Shown: positions 8,506 through 16,897, counted from the stretch's first letter. The stretch: 24,000 bases of DNA from Pseudomonadota bacterium (GCA_963205315.1 CAUJIO010000056.1:94917-118916), one strand, 5' to 3'. Notes: a model not told the origin generated them from the letters alone. Translations and numbers: made by a program.

Positions 8506-8876
8506 AAATTCGATACCCTTACGCGGACAGCTGCGCCTTTGACCGATACGACGTCTGCTTTGTAGTCCACGCCCGCCTCTAAACATTTGATGATCTGAGG
8601 AAGCTTTGCGCTCGTAATGGAACCGGCCGTAAGGCCTGCCGACGTCTGCACGATCACGCGCACAGGTGGCCCCGGCTCCAGCTTGACGGCCAGAACCTCG
8701 CCAGCTTTCAGCGACCCAACGACAGCTGGCACTGGCGAATTGAGGTTGGTATCTTCAATAAGGACGCAAGGATCAGGCCCTCCGGCGCCTCCGGAACCCC
8801 CTCCGCCCGGCGATCTCGGAGCAATAGGCGTTACAGGGTCCGGACGCGAACTTCCCCCACCACTACCTCCAGACAT
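8502..8876 (-). CDS. Small protein (124 aa) with a Gly/Ser/Pro-rich N-terminal tail, unknown function; first gene of the operon
   Basis: ATG at 8876 with AAGGGA upstream (a TTG alternative lies at 8906). Sequence: MSGGSGGGSSRPDPVTPIAPRSPGGGGSGGAGGPDP, then VLAVKLEPGPPVRVIVQTSAG...DYKADVVSVKGAAVRVRVSNL. The stop is coupled (ATGA) to the next gene. Confidence 0.55.
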   Translation of the reverse strand: MSGGSGGGSSRPDPVTPIAPRSPGGGGSGGAGGPDPCVLIEDTNLNSPVPAVVGSLKAGEVLAVKLEPGPPVRVIVQTSAGLTAGSITSAKLPQIIKCLEAGVDYKADVVSVKGAAVRVRVSNL

Positions 8877-8999
8877 GCGAAGTCTTCCCTTTTTCTCAAG
8901 AGTCAATTGAAGTTCGATATGCGCTCAGGAGTCTATTATCACGGGTTTGATGACATCGATATGAGTTCCATTAGGGAGATACGACATAGCTGGGATCGA

Positions 9000-9650
9000 A
9001 GAGTTGATGTTCGCCATCGAAATCCACCTATCACCAAATTGGCAATTGACGTCACCGACAAGAATGGCCGATAATATGCAGCTCAAATAGAGCGTTGTCG
9101 ACGGATCTGCCCTGGGGCGCGAAGCAGAACGGGGAGTTGGCGGGTTCATTGAACGGGGCTCGTTAAGTTCGCGGTGTCGAGCAGCACAACCACTCCTAGC
9201 GCTGTTGGCAGTGGTAGGCATGCACTCTCTCGCAAAGAGGATTTTGGCTCATATACGCTGCAAATTGGTGGTACCTTGACCGGTGTCGGAAGGTATCAGC
9301 GCTGTGGACCAAAAACTTCGCACATCCGGGCTCGTCCCCGAGGGTGTCGTTGGCGATCACGGCACCATCGAAGTGGAGCGCTTGACGTCCAACGTCCCCT
9401 CGGTGGCCAGTGGATGCGTCCGTCTGCCTTACGGGGTTGTCTTTTCCTATCCAGAGCACGTGCTAGCGGCGAGTTACTGGTCCACCGTTCGAAGTTCTGC
9501 GGGTGAACAGCACCCGAATTCAATGATGTGCAGGCTGATTGATAATTCGGACCACGTTTGCGGAGCGAAACCACCATAATACATGTCGACTGCACTCGGC
9601 ACTCTGTTGTAGGCCGCCAGCGCCATTCGCTATCGCACCAAGACTACATC
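9000..9650 (+). pseudogene. IS3-family transposase OrfB (rve/DDE integrase) remnant with an in-frame stop and frameshifts
   Basis: Frame fragments resemble IS3 OrfB landmarks. NPPITKLAIDVTDKNGR*YAAQIERCRRICPGA matches PNxLWxTDITY..G..YLA.VIDL.SRRIVGWA. VVGDHGTIEV matches SDNGPEF. AERNHHNTCRLHSALCCRPPAP matches WRRHYNTVRPHSSLGYRPPAP. The pieces lie in different frames. No inverted repeats were identified. Confidence 0.5.
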
Positions 9651-10138
9651 CACGACATCTCCATGTTCGGCCCTTCCGGCTTGACCAGCATGGGCAAGCC
9701 CATATCACAACTTTGCAAAGCGAATCGAGACAAGATCTGTGTTCGACCTACCACACTGCGAATTATCTATTCCGCCAAATTCTCCTGATCCTCGCGCCAC
9801 CTTAAGTTCTCTTTTTCTTGCAGTTTCCATCTCATTTCCATTGGCCTGGAGTTTCGAGCGACAGGGCGGATCTATCGTTGTCATGTTGTTTTCCACGGGC
9901 TTATACAAGTAGGGATCAAGATTGTCGACGCAGGCGAGGACTTTGTCCTCTCATCACCGGTTTCTCGCGTCAGGGATCGAGCCTGACAGGGCGGAAACGC
10001 CTCGGGCGTTCCGGCAAAGCCGAAGAGCCCGGCCCACCAAGGCGACGCCCAGCTGCCGCTACACGCTGATTAAACCAGGAACAAAAACCGTTAACTTGTG
10101 CTATCTGCAGCATTCCTCATTAGGACGCGGGTCGAATC

Positions 10139-11938
10139 ATGTGGCGTGATAGCGAGAGCGAGCAGGACTTCCTCAACTTTACTGAAGTCGCGGATCAGAT
10201 TGCCACGCTTGCCACCAATCCCGTTCTCCTACCTATCTCAATCGGTGTTTTCGGCACCTGGGGAACCGGCAAGTCCACCGTCCTCAAGCTGGTGGAGGCC
10301 CGGCTGTCAAAGCCCAAGAAGGGAGAAGAGACGAAAGCGAATGGCGAGGATGAGCAGGTCGCGCCGCCGGTCGTCGTGACGTTCGATGCTTGGATGTATC
10401 AGGGTTTTGACGACGCGCGCGCCGCCCTGATGGAGGTAGTTGCCTCGGAGCTGCTGAAGATCGCAGAGGAGAAGAAGACCTTCGTGGACAAGGCGAAGGC
10501 ATTTGCCGGGCGAGTCAACTACTTCCGCGGCCTCAGTATGATCGCGGACTTCGGCATCGGCATGGCGCTCGGCATCCCACCGGGCCTGCTCACCCGTGCT
10601 GGTTCGGCTGTGTCATCAGTCTTCACCGGCAACGTGACCGAAGAACAATATGGCGATCTGAAGAAGGAGGCCGTAGAGGCCAAGAAGGGGCTAACGGAGC
10701 TGATTAAGCCCGCAGAGAAGCGCACGCCACCGAAAGAGATTGAGGCGTTCCGACACGAGTTCGGCGAGCTGCTCAAGGGCCTAAACACCACGCTGGTTCT
10801 CTTTATCGACAATCTCGACCGCTGCCTTCCGGACGTGGCGATCGGCACGCTCGAAGCGATTCGATTGTTCCTGTTCATGCCGCGCACCGCGTTCGTGATT
10901 GCGGCCGACGAAGACATGATCCGGCACTCGGTCGCCAAACACTTCGACGATCCGAACGCTTCTCACGTCCGCGACTACCTCGACAAGGTCATCCAAGTGC
11001 CCTTGCGCGTCCCGCAGGTCGGGGCGGAGGACCTGCGCGCCTATATGTATTCGCTTTTCGTAGGGCTTGCCGCGCCCGACAAGCTCGGTGACGTACAGAC
11101 GCGGCTGATGACTGCCCTGCAAGGAGGCTGGAAGGGCGAGAGCTTCGATAAGGCCGAGATTGCGAAGCTCGCGGGCGATCCCCCGGAACTCCTCGACAAT
11201 CTGGCTATCGCCGATCGCCTGGCGCCGATGATGGCGTGGGCACCGAAGATCCAAGGCAATCCGCGCATTGTGAAGCGCTTATTGAATGCCGTTTCCCTGC
11301 GGCGAGTGCTCGCGGCCAACCGCCAAATGAATGTGGATTTTGCCACTTTGGCGAAGCTCGCGATCTTCGAGCGCTGCACCGACGGACCAGCGACCTTGGC
11401 GCTCTTTCACTTGATCATGGAAGGGAAAGATGCCGAGACGCTGCTGCTGCCCCCTGACAAGGTGAAGGGCAAGACCCCTGAGCTTCCCAAAGACTGGGCG
11501 CCGCACGCGGACTTCATCGAGCAGTGGCGCGCGATGGACCCGCCCTTCGAGAGCGTCGAGAAGCTGCGGCCTGCCGTGTTCCTCAGCCGCGATGTGATGG
11601 CACCCGCACGGTCGCGCTCCGACCTCAGCGAGGCGGCACGCGACGCGATCGAAGCCTTGCTCAAAGTCGACAACGTGAACTCGCCTGTTGGCAAGAAGAT
11701 CGTTGAGGATCTCACGCCCGCGGACCGTCGCGCCGCGATGTCAGGGCTGGTTGAAGCGACACGCGACGCAGACTGGTCAACGGTCGTACCCGGCGTCCAC
11801 GGGGCGCTGCTTATTGCCGAAGCCTCACCGGAAGCCAAAACGGAAATGAAGGCCTTTGTGGCTGGCCTCCAAACCGGTGAGATGGATAAAGGTATCCGTT
11901 TCCTGCTCCGCCGCGTGGGCATGATCGAGGGTAAGTAA
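10139..11938 (+). CDS. qatA: KAP-family P-loop NTPase, QatA of QatABCD
   Basis: Walker A in ISIGVFGTWGTGKSTVLK, Walker B-like TLVLFIDNLDRC. 599 aa. The TAA stop shares one nt with the next ATG. Confidence 0.85.
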   Translation: MWRDSESEQDFLNFTEVADQIATLATNPVLLPISIGVFGTWGTGKSTVLKLVEARLSKPKKGEETKANGEDEQVAPPVVVTFDAWMYQGFDDARAALMEVVASELLKIAEEKKTFVDKAKAFAGRVNYFRGLSMIADFGIGMALGIPPGLLTRAGSAVSSVFTGNVTEEQYGDLKKEAVEAKKGLTELIKPAEKRTPPKEIEAFRHEFGELLKGLNTTLVLFIDNLDRCLPDVAIGTLEAIRLFLFMPRTAFVIAADEDMIRHSVAKHFDDPNASHVRDYLDKVIQVPLRVPQVGAEDLRAYMYSLFVGLAAPDKLGDVQTRLMTALQGGWKGESFDKAEIAKLAGDPPELLDNLAIADRLAPMMAWAPKIQGNPRIVKRLLNAVSLRRVLAANRQMNVDFATLAKLAIFERCTDGPATLALFHLIMEGKDAETLLLPPDKVKGKTPELPKDWAPHADFIEQWRAMDPPFESVEKLRPAVFLSRDVMAPARSRSDLSEAARDAIEALLKVDNVNSPVGKKIVEDLTPADRRAAMSGLVEATRDADWSTVVPGVHGALLIAEASPEAKTEMKAFVAGLQTGEMDKGIRFLLRRVGMIEGK

Positions 11939-12783
11939 TGGGGACATCTCGACCGAAGCCGGACGCGCCACCTGCATCGCCCCTAATTCCGCCTTGGGCG
12001 GATCAAGACCCGGTGCCACCTGCGCCACCGCCCGAGCCCTTGCCCGAGGACCCGGTGCCGGAGCTTGAAGAGCCCGGACCTCCGGCCGACGAGGGTGAAG
12101 AGGACGCTGATTTGGAGGTGGCGGAGCCGAGGCGGTATGCCAGTTTCCGCACGGCCCTGAGTCGCTTCGCAGGGTCGGGCGAACGCGGCGACGCGCGAAC
12201 AGCGCTTGGCCGCTGGGCCAGCCGGTCGGTCGGCGGTGGCGCGGCAGGAGCGCGGCGGACGGCGCGCGCAGCGCGGACCGGCGGTGCTGCGCTTGCAGGC
12301 TTGGCACGCGCTGGGGCGGGCCGAGCTCCCGAAGCGGGCGTGCTCGATATCCGTGCGCTCGCTGGCCAGCCAGTCGAGGTTGCGATCGGCGCGATCGTCG
12401 ATGCATTCATGGCGCCTGGCATTCTTGACGAGGTCGCGGCGCGGCTCGCGATGGAGCAAGCCTTGGCAGAGGCGCTCGGCGGAGCTGATACTTTCGATCC
12501 CGTGGCGGTGGACGCCAATGCCGTACGAGTTGCAACCTTGGCGTTCGTGGCCGAGTTGGTCTTCGTGCAGGTCGCCGGCGATGCAGGACGCTCATTGGCG
12601 ACAGTTGGCCCCGTGGCGGCGGCGCTGCGCGAAGCAGAAATCCGATCACTGGTCCGCGAGGTCGTGAACTTGGTGGGAACGCCGATTCTTGTCGCAGCGG
12701 GTGCAGTGCTGAGCGAGCAACGGATGTCGGCCCTGGTGTCTCAGCTTGTGCGCGAGACGCTGGAGGAGGTAGCGACGTGGTGA
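11938..12783 (+). CDS. qatB: QatB-position protein (281 aa), Pro/Glu-rich N-terminus, Ala/Arg-rich core
   Basis: The frame is delimited exactly by overlaps with qatA (TAATG) and qatC (GTG 12777 / TGA 12781-12783). There is no recognisable enzymatic motif. The assignment is by position in the operon. Confidence 0.65.
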   Translation: MGTSRPKPDAPPASPLIPPWADQDPVPPAPPPEPLPEDPVPELEEPGPPADEGEEDADLEVAEPRRYASFRTALSRFAGSGERGDARTALGRWASRSVGGGAAGARRTARAARTGGAALAGLARAGAGRAPEAGVLDIRALAGQPVEVAIGAIVDAFMAPGILDEVAARLAMEQALAEALGGADTFDPVAVDANAVRVATLAFVAELVFVQVAGDAGRSLATVGPVAAALREAEIRSLVREVVNLVGTPILVAAGAVLSEQRMSALVSQLVRETLEEVATW

Positions 12784-14048
12784 CTCGCACACCTACGCGC
12801 GTCCTTGCCAGCCCAAATGCTGGTCGCGCTGCCGCGGCTCTCGCTCATGGCGATATCGGAGTGGCCCTATATAACATCGGTCGCCCCGAACTGGCCGGAT
12901 TAGGCGCGGGCCTCAATCAAACCGCGGCCCGCTTGCCCCGACCACCTTCTGCACGGGCATGGGACTTCCTTTCCATCGCGCTCGCGGTCCATGCTGCAGA
13001 TCGGTTCGTTGTGCGGCGAAACGCACAAGACTCCTGGACGCGAATGATCGCGCTTGAGGTCGAGCTCATGGAGCCCGAGCCTTGGGCTGGGCAAGCGGCG
13101 GCGCTAGCAGACGCTCTGCGTTTCCTGTCGAGCGACATCTGGTACTTACGCTTCCGCGCCGGGGGCGCACCACCACCGACATTTCAGGACAGCCTATCGG
13201 ATCGCGATTGCGCCTGCTTGTTCTCGGGCGGCCTGGACAGCCTGATCGGGGCTATCGACCTCACGGCGCAGGGCCGGCGGCCGCTGCTCGTCAGCCAAGC
13301 CTCTCCCAAGGAAGGGCCGGTGCAGGCGGAGCTCGCGGACCAGATCGGTTCGGCGGACCATCGCTTCGAGGGCCGCGCCTCGGAGCGGTGGCGCCAGCCC
13401 TATGAACCATCCTCGCGGGCTCGATCGGTGCTTTTCATCGGTTACGGAGCTGTGGTGGCCTCCACGCTCGGTCCGGTCAACGGCCGTGCCGAACTTGTCG
13501 TGCCCGAAAATGGTCTCATCTCGATCAATGCGCCACTCACCCGCCGTCATATTGGAAGTCTAAGCACGCGAACGACGCATCCGCACTTCATCGGCTCGCT
13601 TCAGCGGGTGCTTGATGCGGTTGGGCTCGGCGTGCGGCTGAACAACCCTTATGGCTTTAAGACCAAAGGCGAAATGCTCGCTGAGTGTCAGGACCGTGTG
13701 GTCGAGCAGTTAGCGGCGTCTTCCTACTCATGCGGCAAAGGCAAGCGCCTCAATCAACATTGCGGCCGTTGCGTGCCGTGCCTGATCCGCCGGGCGTCGT
13801 TTCACGCGGCCGGTGTGGCGGACGGCACTAGCTATTGGGCTGATGATCTGTCGACCCATGTAGCGAACGAGGATGTCGCAGCCGCCCGGTATGCGGCGGC
13901 GAGCCTGCGGCACCGTGACGTGGCGCGATGGGCTGCCCAAGCCGGGCCACTTCCAAGTGATCCTGTTCAGCGGAACGGCTACGTTGATGTTGTGCGGCGA
14001 GGGACAGAGGAACTGCGGGCGTTCTTCGGTACAATCGCCTGGCCGTGA
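12777..14048 (+). CDS. qatC: QueC-like PP-loop ATPase with a long N-terminal extension, QatC
   Basis: CACLFSGGLDSLIGAID (PP-loop) about 150 aa into the protein. Zinc motif SCGKGKRLNQHCGRCVPCLIR (C-x10-C-x2-C-x2-C). GTG start. Confidence 0.85.
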   Translation: MVTRTPTRVLASPNAGRAAAALAHGDIGVALYNIGRPELAGLGAGLNQTAARLPRPPSARAWDFLSIALAVHAADRFVVRRNAQDSWTRMIALEVELMEPEPWAGQAAALADALRFLSSDIWYLRFRAGGAPPPTFQDSLSDRDCACLFSGGLDSLIGAIDLTAQGRRPLLVSQASPKEGPVQAELADQIGSADHRFEGRASERWRQPYEPSSRARSVLFIGYGAVVASTLGPVNGRAELVVPENGLISINAPLTRRHIGSLSTRTTHPHFIGSLQRVLDAVGLGVRLNNPYGFKTKGEMLAECQDRVVEQLAASSYSCGKGKRLNQHCGRCVPCLIRRASFHAAGVADGTSYWADDLSTHVANEDVAAARYAAASLRHRDVARWAAQAGPLPSDPVQRNGYVDVVRRGTEELRAFFGTIAWP

Positions 14049-14776
14049 TTGACCTGCATTGTCACCTCGACCTTTACCCTGATCCCCGCGCCGTTGTCGC
14101 GGAGTGTGTCGCACGGCGGATTTATGTGCTGTCGGTCACGACCGTTCCAAGCGCCTTCGAGGGAACGGCGGCACTTGTCCTCGCCCAGAGCCGGATTAGA
14201 ACGGCGCTGGGCCTGCATCCGGAGCTTGCTGCCGCGAGGGCGCGCGAGTTGCCCCTTTTCGAGCGTTTGCTCCCGCAGACTCGCTATGTAGGCGAGGTCG
14301 GCCTGGACGGCTCGCGAGACCACCGTGGCAGCCTCGACGCGCAGCGTGGCGTGTTCGCCGACGTTCTGCGGCTCTGCGCGCGCGCCGGTGGCAAAGCATT
14401 ATCGCTGCATAGTCGAGGAGCGACCGGGATCATCCTCGACGCGCTTGGGGCGGAACCCACGGCCGGGAAGGCTATCCTTCACTGGTATGTCGGCACGCCG
14501 AAACAGGTGGCGCGAGCGGCTGAAATGGGCTGCTGGTTTTCGGTCGGGCCGACTATGCTCACGAGCGAGCGCGGCCGCGCGGCTGTGTTAGCGATGCCAA
14601 AGGATCGAGTCGTGCCCGAATCGGACGGACCCTTCGGGCTCGTCGAGGGGCGTGCAGCTCATCCGTGGGATGCTTGGTCCGTGACGTCCAAGCTGGCCGA
14701 ACTCTGGCGTGAGCAAGAGGATCGCGTCGCAGCACAACTCCGCTCGAATTTTAGAACGCTGAGCGGGGGCGCTTAG
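14045..14776 (+). CDS. qatD: TatD-family metal-dependent hydrolase/DNase, QatD
   Basis: MIDLHCHLDLYPDP (HxH metal site), GEVGLDG, SLHSRGA, PESDGPF. GTGA overlap with the qatC stop. Confidence 0.85.
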   Translation: MIDLHCHLDLYPDPRAVVAECVARRIYVLSVTTVPSAFEGTAALVLAQSRIRTALGLHPELAAARARELPLFERLLPQTRYVGEVGLDGSRDHRGSLDAQRGVFADVLRLCARAGGKALSLHSRGATGIILDALGAEPTAGKAILHWYVGTPKQVARAAEMGCWFSVGPTMLTSERGRAAVLAMPKDRVVPESDGPFGLVEGRAAHPWDAWSVTSKLAELWREQEDRVAAQLRSNFRTLSGGA

Positions 14777-15045
14777 CGCTTCGGGCGTGAATAACTCGAC
14801 CGGGCGGTATGAGTCCGGCGAGACCCGCTGCCTCTACCCTCAGCCTGCCGCGGACTTACGACAATCTACACTCAGCTGAATCTGCTCTTCTTCATCCGAA
14901 TCTTCAATATACCGAGATAAATCTACTTCCAAAGCCTCTTCATGATTGCGGGGATTACCATCGGCGGAGTCAGCGTACGGAAGAGCGCCTTTGGCTGTTG
15001 GGATATCTCCTGACCTGACCGAGGAACGGCCCTCACCTATCGGGT

Positions 15046-16515
15046 TCAGTGCCCAAGCAAACTGAGTATAGTTTCGCCTGATGGGACGCGAGGGACATCG
15101 TTTATGCCAAAATCTGCTTCGAAATAGGACCAGCGCCTCTCAGCAATCCAACCAAGAAATTGCGTGAGTGCGTCAACCTGATCGTCGTGCCTGGCGTGCG
15201 GAAAGGCGAGATACTCTTCCTGAAAATCAATCTGCCAATGCGCTCCTCTAGGCAGGTGCAGTATGGCTCCTTCCAGAAGCGGGGTGATGGCTGCTGCTCG
15301 GGTGTACTTATCTTTTTCAGGTTTGATGCCTCTAAGCCCTCGGACTTGGGATCGGAGATACTGAATCAACGACGTGCCTGAAGCTTGTTCTTCGATCAGT
15401 ACGGCCGTTGCTTGCCATTTGTCAGCCTCTCGGATGATGCGGTCTTTCAGCGGCGCGAATTCCAAGCGCTCGCGCACCACGTCGAGGAGATAGACTTCAT
15501 TCTTGCCTCGAATGAGAAAGGTAAGCCCCACTGAATAGTCGTTGGTTTCCTTGATTTTGTAAGCGGTATCCCAACTCTGGACGATTTGATCGCCCTGTTG
15601 GCGCTGTGGGACCGCATTGACATAGCGCAGCCATGCCTGTTTTAGCAGGTTACCCTCGGCAGGAATGGGATTCTGCAGGTATTGGGCGCTGAACGCCGCC
15701 GAGCCGATGTCGGATTTGGTGGACGCCAGATAGGAGAGTGGCAACCGTTCAGGATGAAGGGACTGGCCACCGCGCCAGGTGAATGTTCGATTTCTTCCAA
15801 GCGCTATCGTCCTGTCTTCGGGCGCAATGGCTGGCAGCGACAGGTGCTTCCAGCCTCCTTGAGCGAGGAGAATGCCAGAGAGATCGTCCATGTGCAGCCG
15901 CTGCATTACGATCAAAATCGTGCCGAGTGTCGGATTGTCGAGCCGAGACAGAAGGGCGGACCGGAACCAGTCATTGACCCGTTCGCGGCTGGTCTTGGAA
16001 TCGGTTTCGCTGGCATTGAGGGGGTCGTCGACGATGATGATGTCACCACCACGTCCGGTGAGACTGCCACCTACCGAGGTTGTCAGTCGAAACCCGCCGG
16101 CGGTGGTTGAGGTTTCTGCCTCCGTGTCCTTGTCGATGTGCAAACCAGGAAAGATGCGCTTGTACCAGGCTGCGTTCACGACCCGTCGAAAATCGAAGGC
16201 GAGCTTGCCTGCTATTGCGTCGGAATAGCTCGCGCAGATGATCTTGGCGGATGGATTGTGGCCGAGAAGGAAGGCTGGAAGTGCCACGGAGAAGATGATC
16301 GACTTCAGTGAACGGGGCGGGGCATTGACGATTAGCCGAGGACAGTGCTGATCGACAATCGCCTGTGCATTGAGGCACAGAAGTTCGATATGCCAATTTT
16401 CGAGAAATGGAGTTGTAGGGGAGAGCGTCTCAAAGACCTTTATGACAAAGGAGTATAGGTCAGTTCGAACAAGTGCATCGCGTTCGCGTGGGATTGGTTT
16501 TGCCATTTCAGTCAC
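15046..16515 (-). CDS. Phage terminase large subunit-like protein
   Basis: ATPase motifs LIVNAPPRSLKS (Walker A-like) and GDIIIVDDP (Walker B), followed by an RNaseH-like C-terminal half. GTG start at 16515 overlaps the upstream stop by 8 nt. Confidence 0.8.
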   Translation of the reverse strand: MTEMAKPIPRERDALVRTDLYSFVIKVFETLSPTTPFLENWHIELLCLNAQAIVDQHCPRLIVNAPPRSLKSIIFSVALPAFLLGHNPSAKIICASYSDAIAGKLAFDFRRVVNAAWYKRIFPGLHIDKDTEAETSTTAGGFRLTTSVGGSLTGRGGDIIIVDDPLNASETDSKTSRERVNDWFRSALLSRLDNPTLGTILIVMQRLHMDDLSGILLAQGGWKHLSLPAIAPEDRTIALGRNRTFTWRGGQSLHPERLPLSYLASTKSDIGSAAFSAQYLQNPIPAEGNLLKQAWLRYVNAVPQRQQGDQIVQSWDTAYKIKETNDYSVGLTFLIRGKNEVYLLDVVRERLEFAPLKDRIIREADKWQATAVLIEEQASGTSLIQYLRSQVRGLRGIKPEKDKYTRAAAITPLLEGAILHLPRGAHWQIDFQEEYLAFPHARHDDQVDALTQFLGWIAERRWSYFEADFGINDVPRVPSGETILSLLGH

Positions 16516-16897
16516 TCTCTGTCTTTGGTTGGTTGCGGCGGAGGAAGCTGTCGATGATGAGTTGGTCTGCCTCGCTCAAGGTTTCCTGCTCGTGAGCTCC
16601 CTCATCGGGCTGTTGGAGTTTCATGACCATATCGAACAAGGTCTTGGCGGCACGACCGTCTTTTTGGAGGGCGCGCTGAAATAGGCTGAGCAGCAACGCC
16701 TCTTGCCTGCTGGCCTTGCGCTTCTCACCGTTGACGGTGATCTCAACCTTGCCGCCCATTAAATTCGCGAGGTCGGTCTTGAGGTTCGAGGTGCCCTTTG
16801 GCCGACCCTTGGGGTTCCCCGATTGGCCAGCGCGAAACTGACGGTGCTTCGGTGGCCGGCCTGGTCCAACGCCTGATGCGGAATCATCGGCGCTCAT
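16508..16897 (-). CDS. DUF5681-type protein (small-terminase position)
   Basis: The GQSGNPKGRPKG motif is typical of this family, which sits upstream of terminase large subunits in alphaproteobacterial prophage-like regions. ATGA overlap with the methyltransferase stop. Confidence 0.65.
   Translation of the reverse strand: MSADDSASGVGPGRPPKHRQFRAGQSGNPKGRPKGTSNLKTDLANLMGGKVEITVNGEKRKASRQEALLLSLFQRALQKDGRAAKTLFDMVMKLQQPDEGAHEQETLSEADQLIIDSFLRRNQPKTESD

Noticed and set aside
8925-9221. 98-aa minus-strand ORF upstream of the candidate operon
   Set aside because: The same DNA on the + strand carries IS3 OrfB-like remnants. The ORF has no convincing SD or start, and its N-terminal half is Arg/Pro/Ser-rich. 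It is probably spurious.
9930-10012. Possible structured RNA upstream of qatA: the minus-strand string GUGAUGAG-AGGAC-AAA-GUCCU (hammerhead-like) and two GC-rich hairpins (9969-9987 and 9993-10012)
   Set aside because: The hammerhead core lacks the required GAAA and cleavage-site elements after stem II. The hairpins have no U-tract and match no RNA family I can recognise. They may be REP/RIME-like intergenic palindromes, but I cannot support that from one copy.
10284-12790. Many long minus-strand and alternative-frame ORFs across qatA/qatB (for example 10519-10938, 11407-11922, 11825-12406, 12003-12518, 12407-12790)
   Set aside because: Their composition is extreme (Arg/Pro/Ala/Ser). The + strand frames carry Walker motifs and are delimited by start/stop overlaps with their neighbours. 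These are high-GC shadow ORFs.
14860-15045. Protein-like acidic peptide frame on the minus strand just downstream of the terminase (…ALPYADSADGNPRNHEEALEVDLSRYIEDSDEEEQIQLSVD…)
   Set aside because: The open part of the frame has no ATG/GTG/TTG start with an SD, and it is shorter than the ORF-track threshold. It may be a remnant of the next phage gene, but it cannot be called.
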